Positions 25,741 to 40,994 of a stretch of DNA of 64,000 nt are shown one piece after another; positions within the stretch are counted from its first letter, which is position 1, and the number at the start of each line of letters is the position of its first letter. The stretch is from the NCBI RefSeq assembly GCF_009914755.1, contig NC_060929.1. The stretch is one strand, 5' to 3'. The position numbers and the translations under genes were made by a program. This DNA is from the human T2T-CHM13v2.0 reference genome, Homo sapiens. The notes beneath the pieces are model-generated. The model saw nothing but the letters and a program-made list of their open reading frames with translations, did not search any database and was not told the origin of the DNA.

Positions 25741-28005
25741 TCATCACAGTCTAGTTCCAAGGAAAAATTCCAGCGTTTTCTACATTGGGTGCTGTGTCAT
25801 CTGAAATCGGCACATTCCATGGAGGAAGGAGTCCTGCTTTGTTGCATGTATCCTAGGGTTTAATGTTGGTAAATGAGTCACTCTAGCATTTGTAGAAGGC
25901 TCCCTGAGACTCCTACAGCAGTCGACCAAGCCCAAGGACATAATTGAATCTGGAGAGTCCTGGGGCCTTGTTTTGATAAAGACTTGAAATACACATAGGA
26001 AGAAAGGCATAAAAATAAATGTTCACTTGTCTCTGCTGTGAAAAAAAAAAAAAAAGAATTAAGAGTACAGAGAGCAATAGAAAGAGGGAGATCTTTTAAA
26101 TTACATTGGAAGCAGTAAGTTTTCTTAGTTAGCCTGAGGAGGAACTCTGTCCCTGTCCCTGCCTCCCAAAAGGGAGCAAAAGGGTATAAATAGTTTATAA
26201 GAAGCATCCACTTGAAAGTTTAATTTTTCTCACAGTGCGAAAAAGAATAAAATAATACCAGAAAAGGTTATTATGATTTCTGAAATGTAGCATAAAGCCA
26301 AAACCTGAAAAGAAGAAGAAACACTGAATTAGACAAGGGTATGCAATAGAGAACATGAGGGGTTCACACCTTCTTGACACTGCAGGGAGTAGCTGAAATG
26401 ACTGGTTGACGCTATTTGTGGGTCTTGGTTTGAATAGGAGGCAATTTGATTCTCTCCCTACTAGCATCAAGAAATCACATCATACACAGTACAGTGGTAC
26501 ATGCCGAGGCCCTTCCAGTTGTAGGCTGGCCCCATTTTTCATTCATGTGGGAAAGGAAAACTGAATAAACTCAATACAGCTATGATCCCCACACTGAGGA
26601 AAACTCTCTGTAACCATAAAGCCCAACTCATGTTTTTACATCTAATCCGTAGTCTACTCTAAGATTATTGTTGTAAATTCATCTGCTCTAAGATTACTGC
26701 TGTAAATTCATTTAGAATTACATAGCTAGATAGAATGAAAAGGTAATTTGTCAAATGAAGCTAAATTGGAAGATACTTTTACATTATAAAAACTATAACT
26801 ATTTAGACAATTTAGAAAACAGCAAAAAGTTTAAATTAGAAAATAAAGTCGCCATTCTTTTGACAGAAAACCAGCAAACACTTCCATATATAGCCTGCAT
26901 CTTTTAAAAAAACTGCATCTATTTATTTTGGGGATAACAATATAAATGGCTAATTTGCACCTTGCTTTTTATGTGTGGTACTATTCATCTGTATACTTCA
27001 CATTTTGATAAAACTCCTATGTCAATAGATATTTTACATGATTCTTTAGTAGTTGTAAAGTATTTGGCTGTAACTTCCATTCTCCCGTTATTGGTCATTC
27101 TTTGGTTTTTCACTATTATAAATACCACTGTACACACCTTTGCAAATGTCTGATTATTTCCCTAAGTTAAATTCCTAGAAGGGACTGGAAAGCCGATGGA
27201 CAACTTTAGGGTTTATCACATGGATCCTTAAACTGCCTCTCCTTACCTGCTCCAGGAAAAGTAGGCAAAACATGGACACATGTATTTCCCCATATTCGCT
27301 TCTAACAGAAAACAAATCTGGTGAACTGGCTATTGATAAAATTTGCCTATTTCTCTGTTGGGGTGTTTGTCTTCTCTTGATTAGTAAGAATGTTTTGGAT
27401 GTTAAGTACTTAAACACTTAGTCCATTGAGGACATAGCTATAAAGCTCTCATTTTGAATCAAAATTTCAAATATTTCAAGTATGATGATATAATCTGTGA
27501 TGTTCAGAGCCCTGGCTGTTGTTCACATGATAATTCCTTTAGCCATATCTCTGTTTGAAGTGTATGTGAGCTTGAAAATAAAATGACCAGTCAAATGTAG
27601 TTCTGGTTAAAGATGGTATATTTAACACATGCTTTTATTTCAGCTCCCTCTCAAACCCAGTATATGTTTTTAAAAGCATACACCTCTAAGAATAAAGAGA
27701 AGAGACAATACCAGCAACAGTTCACAAGACAGAAAGCAGATGGACAAGGATTGTTGGCTTCCTAAGATCTGTTAAGTCACCAGTGGGGAAAGCTAAGAAG
27801 CAACCTAATTATTATGAAAAAAAATTCTGAAAGGCTCAAAAACTGGGGGTAAAGGTAGGGGTTCAAAATCAGGAAGACTGGTTCAAAGTCTGTTTAAGAA
27901 CATTTACAGGTTTCTTTTTATAGAAATGGTAGGTCAGACTATGAGTGCCAACCTGCCTGCCAAAAACCAAAGTGCTAGATAAAAAATATTTTTAAAAAAT
28001 ATCCA

Positions 28006-28299
28006 GGCCAGGCGCGGTAGCTCATGCCTGTAATCCCAGCACTTTGGGAGGCTAAAGCAGGCAGATCACTTGACGTGAGGAGTTCAAGTGAGGAGTTCAA
28101 GTCCAGCTTGTCAACATGGCGAAACCCTGTTTCTATTAAATACAAAAATTAGCGGGTATGGTGGCATACCTGTAATCCTAGCTACTCGGGTTGCTGAGAC
28201 AGGGAAAAGCTTGAACCCAGGAGGTGGAGGCTGCAGTGAGCCAAGACTGTGCCGCTGCACTCCAGCCTGGGTGACAGAGTGAGACCCTGTCTCAAAAAA
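28006..28299 (+). mobile_element. Alu with an internal 13-bp tandem duplication
   Basis: Full Alu containing gtgaggagttcaa twice. Confidence 0.92.
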
Positions 28300-28367
28300 T
28301 ACATACATACATATACATATATATATATACACACACGCACATGTGTGCGCACACACACATATATATC
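28300..28367. repeat. Compound (TACA)/(TA)/(CA) microsatellite at the Alu tail
   Basis: acatacatacatatacatatatatatatacacacacgcac... Confidence 0.85.
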
Positions 28368-28439
28368 TCCTTAAAAGCACCATCAAGCTGACAAAATGAT
28401 AAAGAATTAGGCTAAATCTAAAGGAAAGCATCCCAAGTT

Positions 28440-29348
28440 ACTTGTGCTCAGAGAATAACAGATTTAGGCAAATTTGGATTTCAACTAAAAGGACAGAAAA
28501 CTAGAAAAATGGACAAAAAAACTTATACTTTACAATACAGGAACTCCAAATGGCCAATAAACATATGAAAAGTTACTCAGCTTAATTAGTAATCAGGGAA
28601 ATGCAAATTAAAACGACAATAAAATAACTTACATACCCATCAGACTGACAAAAATTAAACATTTGACAATAAGATGTGTCCTGAGTTTAAGGATGTAATC
28701 ATTTTGGAAGACAGTTTGGTATTATCCAGTAAAGTCAAAGACAAGAATGTCCTATGATGTAGCAACTCCATCAATAGATATGTATTCAAAAAGAAATTTA
28801 TACTTGTAAATAAATTAATGTGCATATACAGTAAAATGTGTAAGAATGTTGGCAGCAGCATTTTTTTGGTTAAATAAAAACTACAAACTAGTCAAATGTT
28901 CATAATAGTGGAATGATTTATAAACATCCATATATCTTATCTCTGAGGATATAATTCTATACAGCAATGAATAAACGACAGCTGTACACTACAACATGAA
29001 TGAATCCTACAATGTTGAATGAAAAAAGCAAGATGCAAAATGACATATATAATATTCTATTCACATAAAATTCATATACATATGATATTCTATTAACATG
29101 GAATTCAAAATATACAAACTGAGTTATATTGTTTAAGGATGTTTATATAGGTAGTAAGAAAAACAAGAAAACAACGATCACATTTGTCAGGGCAGTGGTT
29201 ACCTCTGGGGAGGAGGAACAAAATAGGATTTGTAAACTTATATGGTCATACTGGAGGCCTCCAAGGTATTGGCAATATTCTATTTCTTGCCCTGGTTGGT
29301 AATTACACACTGCTAGCTTTATTATTATTATTTTTCATTAAATTGTAT
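28440..29348 (+). mobile_element. Old L1 (L1ME-like) ORF2 end and 3' region
   Basis: aaatggccaataaacatatgaaaag...taatcagggaaatgcaaattaaaac...gcagtggttacctctgggg. Confidence 0.75.
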
Positions 29349-29350
29349 GT

Positions 29351-30511
29351 ATGGTCATGCACGACATAAATTTCAGTCAATGATGGACAGCATTTATAGT
29401 GATGGTCCCATAAAATTATAATGGAGCTGAAAAAGTCCTATCACTTAGCTGCAGCTGTGCATTGTAATACAACACCATGCTTATGTTTGTGGTGATGCTG
29501 GTATAAACAAACCTACCGTGCTACCAGTTATAGAAAAGTACAGCAAATACAACTGTGTACAGTACATAATACTCGATAATGATAATAAATGACTATGTTG
29601 GTGGTTTATGTATTTACTGTATTATACTTTTTTCATTATTTTAGAGTGTACTTCTTGTCCTTTTTTTTTTTTGTTAACTGTCAAACACTCTCAGCCAGGT
29701 CTTTCAGTAGGTATATCAGAAAAAGGCACTGTTATCACAGAAAACGACAGCTCTGTGTTTGTTATTGCCCCTGAAGGCCTTCCAGTGGGATAACATGTGA
29801 AGGTTGAACACTGATGACACTGACTTTGTATAGGCCTAGGTTAATGTGTGTGTTTGTGTATTAGTTTTTAGTAACAGTTTTAAAAATAAAAACATCTTAA
29901 AAATGGAAAAAAGCTTACAGAAGAAGGACATAAAATTTTCTTTACAGCTGTACAATGTGTGTGTTTTAAGCTAAGTGTTACTAAAAAGGAGTCAAAATGT
30001 TAAAAAAATTAAAAGTTTACAAAGTAAAAAAGTTACAGTACGCTAAGGTTAATTTATTATTGAAGAAAATTTTTCTATAAATTTAGTGTAGCCTAAGTCT
30101 ACAGAGTTTACACTACAGTAGACTTCATATAATAAATGTCCTAGGCCTTCACATTCACTCACTACTCAATGACTCACAGCAACTTCCAATCCTGGAAGCC
30201 CTATTCACAGTAAGCACCTATACAGGTGTACTATTTTTTTCCTCTTTTATATTGTATTTTTATTGTACCTTTTCTATGTTTAGATACATAAATACTTACC
30301 GATGTATTAGAGGTGCCTGCAGTGTTCAGTACAGTAACATGCTGTAAGTTTGTGGCCTGGAAGCAACAGCTATACCATATGGTCCAGGTGTACTGTAGGA
30401 CATACCATTCAGATTTGTGTAAGTTCACTCTATGATGTCTGCACAATGATGACATCGCCTAATGATGCATTTCTCAGAACCTATCTCTGTTGTTAAGCAA
30501 TACATGACTGC
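29351..30511. mobile_element. Tigger3b/MER7-type DNA transposon
   Basis: Ends ggtcatgcac...gtcaatgatggac...ggtcccataaaattataatggagctgaaaa and gatgcatttctcagaac...gttaagcaatacatgactg. Confidence 0.85.
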
Positions 30512-31139
30512 ATATTTGTTTTGTTCATTCTCATGTACATATGCTTGTTTCACAGTAAAAAAAAATGTAACTCAAAATAAAAAATAGAAAAAGAAACAGA
30601 TAGCATGACCTCCCCTACTCCAGTCTTTGATGATTTCTTACCTTTTGTTGTCTACATTTTCTCTTTCTAGAACTCCTAAGCTGGTTCTCTAATTCTCTTA
30701 TCTTCTCCCCTATTTTACATTGCTGTCTTTTTGCTCTTATTTCTGGGATATTTTCTTACTTTTATCTTTCAATCCTTCAACTGAGCTTTTCATTTATGTT
30801 ATCATCCTTTTAACTTTCAAGAGTTTAGTTTTATTCTCTGAATGTTCCCTTTTTCAAAATCCTTTAATTTGATAAATGCATTATTTTTCTTATTTCTGAG
30901 GATATAAGTAATAGGTTTGAGGGAAGTTTCCTTATCCAAGATGACTGCTCTGTTGTTTGTTCTGATCTCTGTCCTGAAGCTAGAAGCTCTCCCCTTCCTT
31001 TCACCCTATCCTTCTCCTCCTTCCTTCTAGGCTGAGGGTTGGTGGGGCTCCGGACTAAAGGATTCCAGACACAGCTGAGAGTAGAAATATCTTAAAAACA
31101 AAAGGAAGTTTAAGTGAGCCATTACATACCAAATTATTA

Positions 31140-31740
31140 ATGGCATTCATTCAGTTGAAGAACACAGAGAAAAAGAAGAATGAAGAAAAATTAACAGAAC
31201 TTCATGGACCTGAGAGACAGTATCAAATGGCCTTACATATGAATGGAGTCCCAGAAGGGGAAGACAATGAAAATTCAAGAGAAAGATAATGAAGACATAA
31301 TGACTAGAATTAGTTAATTTAGCATGGTCACAGGACACAATATTTTTAAAACATTCTATATATGCGACAAACAATTGGAAAATAAAATTTATATTAATAT
31401 AATTTAATAACTAGCAAAACACATATACACAATAGATATGGGACAAAAGATGTGCAAGAGCTTTACAGGAAAAATGAGAAAATATTGCTGAAAGGAACTA
31501 AAGATCTGAAAATATTGTTGAAATAAACTAAATATCTGACTAAATGGAGAGATATACAGTGTTCCTGGATTGGAAGACTCAATATAGACTCAATCCCCAA
31601 ATTGAAGTCTCTTATACCCAAATTGATTTAATTTCAATGCAATACCAATCATAATCCCAGCAGGCTTTTTTTGTGTGTGTATAGAAATTGACAGGCTGAC
31701 TCTAAAATTTATAGGGAATACAAAGGACCTGGAAGAACCT
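31140..31740 (+). mobile_element. Old L1M fragments (ORF1 and ORF2 pieces)
   Basis: ttcatggacctgagagacagtatcaa...ggagtcccagaagg; taaatggagagatatac...ggattggaagactcaatat...aatcccagcaggcttttt. Confidence 0.7.
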
Positions 31741-31792
31741 TAGACTTTGGCCCTGCCTTCTGGGGAAGGGTTAGTTATCTCTTTAAAGATGA

Positions 31793-32096
<304 letters not shown>

Positions 32097-32139
32097 AAAA
32101 GGCGATATTTTTTAAAACACATCAATTGATTTACCAAAT

Positions 32140-32301
32140 ATATATTTTTAAACTTTTAGGCTTGGGGATACATGTGAGGGTTCGTTAAATAGGTAAACAC
32201 ATGTCACGGGGGCTTGTTGTACATATTATTTCATCACCCAGATATTAGGCCCAGTACCCAATAGTTGTATCTTTTCTGCTCCTCTCCCTCCTCCCACCCT
32301 C
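32140..32301 (-). mobile_element. Short L1PA 3'-end fragment
   Basis: gatacatgtg...taggtaaac...tatttcatcacccag...ctccctcctcccaccctc. Confidence 0.8.
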
Positions 32302-33544
32302 AGTACCAGGAATTAAATATGAATAATGAAGGTAGCTCAGCCAATAAAACTGAATCAGTTCTTCAGTCTGTGGGCAAACACAAAATTCTTCTTTCAGAGG
32401 TTTGATAAGCTGTTGTAGTTTCGAAATGATCCAAATAATAACTTACATGACTTGATTTATTAAGAAGCCTGAAATATATTAAACAAATCACAGCTCCAAA
32501 GAATGAACAATAGGATAATGGAATGTTAAAGGAAAACAAACCAATTTAAAGGAAATTTCCATCTGCAAAAGGCTTAGTAGGATCTGCTAACTCAGAATCA
32601 GGAGTGTTCTTTAATTTATGAGGTTCTCATTTCAGTACTTTAAAAAATTAACGGTAAATGGCCCCATGGCTTATAGCAAAAGGAGACATTCTATTTAAGC
32701 AAAGTTATTAGAACAATGGTGATTGTGAGAAGAGCTGAAAACAAAAGTCAGTCACTCAGCAACTAGAATGCCAGAAAGAAAAAAGAAAAGACAAAAATAG
32801 AAATACATCTACCACTGGTCCTTTCAGGACATCTGGATACATGGCTCATAACTACCCCAAGTAACATCCCTTTCAAACACAAGAAGAGAAGTCTTCTAAC
32901 TGCCAAAACTGTTCTAACAGAACATGTGTATCATATCCTAATTAGTATTAGCATATTTTTTGACCACCAGAAAGTTGAAAGTGAAATGATGTTATTTAAT
33001 ATAAACCTGTTCTTAAATAATACTTCTCCTAAGAATATTTTTTAGTTATTAAAATAGAATTTTGGGGAAAGAAAAGACCCACTTCAAATACTCTGTGGTC
33101 AAATATAAAATTATAATTTACAACAGATAATATATTCAAATGCCCTCAAATTTTATTATGAATTGAACTGAAATATTAGTACTATGGGCTTAACATCAAT
33201 AATTTTATAGCAAAGAAAATACAGAGAGGGAGGAGGGGCAAAATGAATGTCTTTTTATCACATGTCCTGACTCACTTCTACTGGTGCTTGTCCAGGATGA
33301 TGCAATTATTGAATCATAAGCTGTTCCACTGATGCCATGTTCAAAATGACAAGTCTCAGTCTCTCAGACTTTCAACAAGAATCTACGACAGCCACAGTCA
33401 AAACAGTATGAATAACAAAAAGGTGCCATGCAGGTGTTTCACAGAAAAAAAAAAACCAAGAAACTATTACATTTTAAGAATTAAAATTTCTTTCCTTCTG
33501 GTTACTTCGTTTAGTCTGTTCATTTTTTATGATCATACTATAAT

Positions 33545-33760
33545 GACGGAGGCTAACTCTTGCTTAGTACGTGGCAGGCACTATGCCAAATCATCTACAG
33601 GAATTATCTTGGTTATTTTAATCTTGGCAACATCTCTGAGAATGGGTTCTATTAATATCCCCACTTAAGGGATAAGGAAACTGAGGCTTAGAAGGTCTAC
33701 TGTCCAAGGTCACCAAGGTGGTGGCTCTGTGAGAACTGGAATCTAGATTCTCAGACCTCC
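33545..33760 (-). mobile_element. MIR SINE
   Basis: gcaggcactatgcc...gataaggaaactgaggcttaga...tccaaggtcac. Confidence 0.75.
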
Positions 33761-34789
33761 AGGGGAGGAGTTTACTCAATGCATTCTGTTGTTGCTCTCC
33801 ATATTGATGACATATCAATGACATTTATTATGGAAAAACATTTGCTGAATCAATTTAAGAGAAGTTGGAAATGTCAGTAAAAACCTTCATAGCAGTATGA
33901 GAATATGTTTCCAAAAACCAGGAGAAGGAGATGCCCCAAAATGTTTTAAGAAGGAATCAGAAAGTCCTGAGCAAGGAAGCATCGAAAAATGATCGAGTTC
34001 CTAGCCAGGAGCCAGGAAATGTGCTTTGTAATTGGAATTATAACTGCCCTGAGTAAAACAGATTGTGTTTTCATGAAGCTTCAACAGCTCATTGTAGGAG
34101 ACATACAAGGAAAAGGCCAGTTAAAATACACTGTGATTCATGCCGCCATGTGAGAATATCAAAGGACCTTTAGACATAGAGAGGTGTCAGAGAAGTCTTC
34201 TGATTTGCTACGAGCTGGAAAGGTAAGTAGAGAGGGAAGTCGAGGAAGAGAAGACAGTCATGTGTGAAGTTTCCTGGCACCCAGAGTATAGCTCTTTTAG
34301 GGGAACCCAAAGACAACAGAAGATGACAAAAAAATATACTAAATAACACTAGAAAACACTGTCCAACCAAGGTTCTAAGTGATCTGAAAGTCACAGGTTA
34401 AATTTCATAACGACAAATATAAGATAGCATCTAGGGAATGGAAAGTGACAAGCACAATGGTCATACTGCCTTTTCATATTTAGAATGGCACAGTATTCTA
34501 GTGCAATGCAGAGCCCAGAACTAGGAAATGGGCAACTACTGGGATTCCAGATATCTTTCTATCACCAACTCACAGGGTGACAATCAACAGCTCTTTCAGC
34601 TTCCCTGGGTTTCGGCTCCCTCTTTGGTAACTCATGGATAAAGCTAATTGTCTAGCAGGAGGCAGGTTGCTTGACCTGATAGTCTCCTCGGGACTTTCTA
34701 AAATCAATGACTCTCTAACTCAGATACATGATGGCTAACAACCAGGGATGAACAACAATACTATCTTAATGAGAACCACTAATAGAAAT

Positions 34790-34955
34790 TAACACTATGT
34801 GTGAGGTAGGTACTATTATTATCCCCATTATATAGACAAAGAAAAATGCAAACTCAGAGAAGTTAAATTATCTGCACAATTTCATATAACTAGCCATTAG
34901 TGGAGTCAGAGTTCTCTTTCAGGCATCCCAGCTACAGAGTCCATATCCCTAACCA
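34790..34955 (-). mobile_element. MIR SINE
   Basis: tgaggtaggtactattattatccccatt...ctcagagaagttaaatta. Confidence 0.7.
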
Positions 34956-35878
34956 TCAGAATATGCCATATGCTTCCTCTTTCTTACAAGTTGCAATATT
35001 CCCAGTATTGTTACTCTGTGTGTATTTATGATACGTAACTTTTTAATCTTCATAATATTCTTGGAAGGTGTTATTCCCATTCAGAGATGAAATCAAAACC
35101 TTGAGAGTTCCTACAGGGATTTAGTTGTGGCACTGGGCCTAGATTTTATCATGACCTCTATCACTATGCTCTTTCAAATACAGCAAATTATAGAGATTAA
35201 ATAAACCAGCATCATAGATAAATGAACTGCAAATCTCATTCACTCAATTTTTTGTCATCAATTAATTTATAAAAAGAATATTAGTATTAACAAAAGATAT
35301 TTTACTTTTATAAATCAGTCACTGTCAGCTATTTTTTTTTCTAAATTGTAGAATTTTACTAATTATGTTCCTTTTGGACTGTATAAGATGTAGCACCTTT
35401 AAGTTATTTAACTATGACATAGTGCTTAGAATTTAAACATTTTTAAACATTATATTTTGCTATGGCTCATTTGGAAAATCTAAGCTTTAAAAAGACTAAG
35501 ACAAATTAGGTAAGAGAGAAAAAGTAGACTCCCAACAATTTTTCATACCCATATCGTACAAAAGTTTGCTTTTCTAATATTATAAAGCCAATTCTTAAAT
35601 TTTATTTCAGCATGTCCTGATAGTACACAGGTGAAACCAAACAACCACCACATCAAAATAATAGCAAAGACAACAACTAATACTAATTAGTTATTATGGT
35701 CTAAGTACTTTATTAATTCTAATTCTTACAAAAACCTTATGCATTATTACTAGCCCCATTTTATGAATGAGGACATTTAAGCTCAGAAAGGGTTGCTAAC
35801 TTTCCCAAAGAAAGTCACACAACTAGAAAATAGCCATACGGCAGGTCTTTGAATAATGTTTTGTTCAACATTGTTTTA

Positions 35879-36410
<532 letters not shown>

Positions 36411-36499
36411 CTACAATGGGGTGGCGTCCTGTCTATAGGGTCAGTTGCTCTGAGCTATGAGTATAAGCTGCAGGCCCCCTGGACCCTGAACTGGAATGA

Positions 36500-36832
<333 letters not shown>

Positions 36833-39652
36833 TAATATAAAATGAAAATTCATAAAGTCTGCGATAATCATTCAAATGCATGACAATAAACAGTGCAGTT
36901 TAAAAATGCTCAGCAAGCCTGCCCTAATTATTATTTCTGAGCTATGTGGTGACAGGGGGTGCTTCTTACAATTTTCACTTTGCAAATATTTATTCCTTGA
37001 TTTCATCCACCATCACTATGATCACTATCACTCACTGGTTCACCAAAAATTGGGTAAATAATTATTTTTTGTTTTTATTATTCTTAAATGTATATATATA
37101 GCTCACATTTATTTCAGTGGTTAATATTATAAGTGTTTTGGGTCTTTATTTAGAAGTTTAGTGATGTTTTTGTGACCAGAAATATGCCACAGGAACTTAA
37201 CTCTTGTTTATATCAATTAGCCTGTGGTAAAATTGGTTTCATTAGAGGTTGTTTTGCTTAAGGTCACAGTTTCCAAGAACCTACTGATGATGTTAAGTGA
37301 GAGCTTACTGTATGTGGATCCCAAATAAGTAGACCATTCCAGATGGCAGGCTCTTCACCATTATGCTAAACATACAATGTTATGACTTTCATAAACAGCA
37401 GATTATTATGAGGCATACACTGCATGCTGTCAGACTCCTAAATCTAGGTTATCAAAGTAAGTTACTGACAAGTTAGAGATAATCAGCAAGCAATTGAGAT
37501 GATATCTACTTGCTCAAGTGAGATATCTGCTGTGGTCAACCCAGGGGCTGTGTCAGGGTCATTGTGCCTCTTCTTCTCCTCCTTCGTAACAGGCTTAGAA
37601 TTCCATGGTATCTGCCACTTAACATACAGCACAATCTCCTAATCTGTTCTAGCCTAGGTCCTAGGATCTCAAACCTTCAGTCCACACAGAGTGGTCTCCA
37701 GAAGAGGAGATGTAACAGAAGAGGAAAACAGATTTCTATCTAGCCTTTTAACAAAGTCAGTATCAGTTTGGCCTGAACATAGTTTATGATTTTTTCATTT
37801 TTCATTGATACTTTATTTTGACAAAGGTATAGGGGCCTTGAAAATATATAGGAAATTAGACTTTTGTGTTACTGTAAAATTTATAAATCTAACAAATCAA
37901 AATTTCCCAAATTTGGTTGACGTCGTGATTACAAGGAGATCGCCACCAAAATAATGTTTATATCCTAGTTGTGACTAAAATGAAATATTCCTAAAATATG
38001 TTAACAAAGTATAGCAGCAAAATTGAAACAACTGTAAACTTCAAAAACTTAACACAACTATACTTTAAATGTCTTTTTACACATTAGCTGTCTTAAAAAC
38101 TAAAAACGTAGCATGCCATTGTTCAATTTAGGATATTTTCTTTATGAGCAGAAAACAAGAGAATCACAAAATCAAATAAGATTCTTTTATAATTTAAGAT
38201 TGCTTGGCAGAAATAGTGAATGGTATAAGGCTAATGAAAATCGACTTCTGATGCTACCAAAGCAGCAACATGTGTGCTCAGTGCTTTCTGATTTACAACA
38301 CAGGCTTTAGTACACAGCACTGTAAAGGAAATCCCTTTTCAGAGAGGGTGAAGCTCTTTTTAATGAGCACTTTCCTCCCTGCCTGTCTCTCTTTTCTAGA
38401 ATGTTTATATAGTACAAGAAATGTATATTTGACATAGAAAATGTCAAATGTTCAAATATTCAGAATTCTTTTGCAATTATTGCAGTTTATTCAAATTGTC
38501 TTACCAAACTAAAAAGTAGAGACTAAATTTCAAAATCTTCTCATCTGTTACAAAAGGGAAGAATATAGTCTGTAACATTTTTATAAGTTGCAGTCATTAA
38601 TATTTGTAAGAACTGAAATTGGCATTTCCTCCTTCTATGTGAAACACACACAGACACACACACACACGAATAAAAAGAAAAACTTGCACTTGAAAACAGA
38701 CTTTAACCCAGTGCTGCTATTTCTAGGCCTCAACTCTAATGTTAGTTATTTTTTTACAGGGCATCACACTAGTAAAGAATTAAAGGCCCCCTTCCTCTGT
38801 AAATCCCACTTAAAGTACATGTTATTTCTAATGTCTATTCAAAGGGATAGAGAGTGACTTTCTGGGAAATCCATTTTACCATTATAGAACTGGAGATTGC
38901 CAAGGGCTAACTTAAGTGTTAATTTTTGCTACACAAGAATTTCGGCCTGAAAAACCTACTTCCTTCCCCAGTAAAGACTATAAAATCACATTCTCATTGT
39001 AGAAATTTAGATCAAACACCAAGGGATAAGTATCATTTGTGTGAAATGACATTGATGTTTTCAGGCAGGTAACAGCTCTACCAAAATATATGCTGCTAAA
39101 ATGCAGCTTTTATGCAACCTTCAAAAACCAATAGCTTTGTTTTGTAGAGGATAAAGTCTAAATTTCTTCAGTTAGCAAATATAGCTCTCCACATTCTGTG
39201 CCCAGTCTGCCTTTCCAAAACGGGCTCTCATTTTTTTAAGTACACATTCCAGTGTCAGCTTTCAATCTCTGTTCCCCAGTGAGGCCATCTGAGTTTGTTC
39301 ATTTGGTGTCTTTTTGGTTTGAGGACTACACCCTCAAAATACAGGCAGCTTGACAGAGTAAACCTGCCTATGATTCTTCAGTATTCATCTCAGCTCTCTG
39401 GGCCTCCAAGGTTTCTTGAGCATTCTAGCCCACAGTTGTGATGGTGGATTACCTGTTGATTTTGTCTCACAGCATCAGCTCGTGTTTCCGGTAGCATACT
39501 TTGGAGCTTCAATTACAAAATTTGAAATGTGACTTCAGATAAAACTACTGAAAATGCCCAATGAAACTATAAACTACAACACTCAGTGAATGGGGCAGGT
39601 TATAAGGTGTTACAATAGTACTTTAAAAAACTGATTTAATGATCAGACTAAC

Positions 39653-40145
39653 ATAGTTGATTCTAACTACTTGTAGATTCCACATCTGCAAGTTTACACA
39701 TTTGCTACATTTTATTTGTAACCCCCAAATCCACACTTGCTTTCCTATCGATTCGTGGATAAGCACAGAATAGCAAAAAATTTGAGTCGACTGATATGCA
39801 TGTTCCCAGCTGAAGTCAAACGAAGTGACACGCCACCTTCTTGTTTTAGCTCTCAAACTGTAAACAAGTGTCCTTTTCATGGTAAATTTAGTGGCACATT
39901 TTTTGAGTTTTGTGCTTTTTGTTGGGAATTTTGCTGTTTAAAATGGCCTCTATGCATAGTCCTGAAGTACTACCTAGAGTTCCCATGTACGAGAAGACTA
40001 TGATGTACCTTACGAAGAAAGTACATGTATCATAAGTTTTGATCAGACATGATTTATAGTGCTGTTAGCCATGAGTTCAATGTTAATGAATCAACAATAT
40101 ATATTAAGTATGGTATCTTTAAATAGAAACACACATGAAACAAGG
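39653..40145 (+). mobile_element. MER82 (TcMar-Tigger) fragment
   Basis: tttatttgtaacccc...aaaaaatttgagtcg...ttcccagctga...gagttcaatgttaatgaatcaacaatatatatt. Confidence 0.8.
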
Positions 40146-40994
40146 GCACAACTTAAAATTTTCCCATAAATATAGAAAGAGAATAGGTCTTACTGTATTT
40201 GTAAATATTTTTCCCTACAAATGCTCCTTGTATTATTGACAAAGGAAAACATCTGAATAATTTTTCTCTCCATGCATGCCAACCTGGTGAAATTTTACAC
40301 AAATTCTTAATTATTGTTGCATTACATGTGGTAAAACTGAAGTGGAGGGAGGATCAGAGAGAGAAGCCTCTTCTACAGATTTCTCTCTTCTTAGTCCTCC
40401 AAGTTCCTGAGAAAGGATGAGGGGGGTCAAAGATGATCCTACTGTCTTTTTGTGGCGATTGTTAAACAGTGGTAGTATATTCTTTCTTAGTTGCTTTGCT
40501 TTACCAAAATGCAGGTTTCCCCAAGGATATCATTTTCCTTACAACACTATCTGATGATGGCTGTTCCTTCTCTAACTGCTTCTACCTGAGAGATTCAAGG
40601 TTAAGAAGGGTTAGCATCCCCTTCTTCACTGGACAATTGCCTACTCTCTTCATGATGACTCATCATTTCATGTTTGAGATCTATGAGTGGAACAGGCTCA
40701 TATTTCTATCCCCTAATCCTTCTTACTATAATCTATCTTCTTAGAAGACTTTACCCCTTCTGTTTTGGAATCTGGCTCTCTTCCTCTCCAACTCTGCCAT
40801 GCATCAGTATCCACTGTTATCAGATAGTGGACTCTATCCACACCCAGGCCTTGGGTTTTTGCTTCAGTTATAGTGGTTTAAAACACAGTATTTCCTAAAA
40901 CAAACTCTTCTTCTAGGTTTTAACCTGCTGCTTTCCTGCAGCTTTCATAGCCTTGTTTCCTAGTCTTGAAACTTACCCTCTTCCTGTTCTCTTT

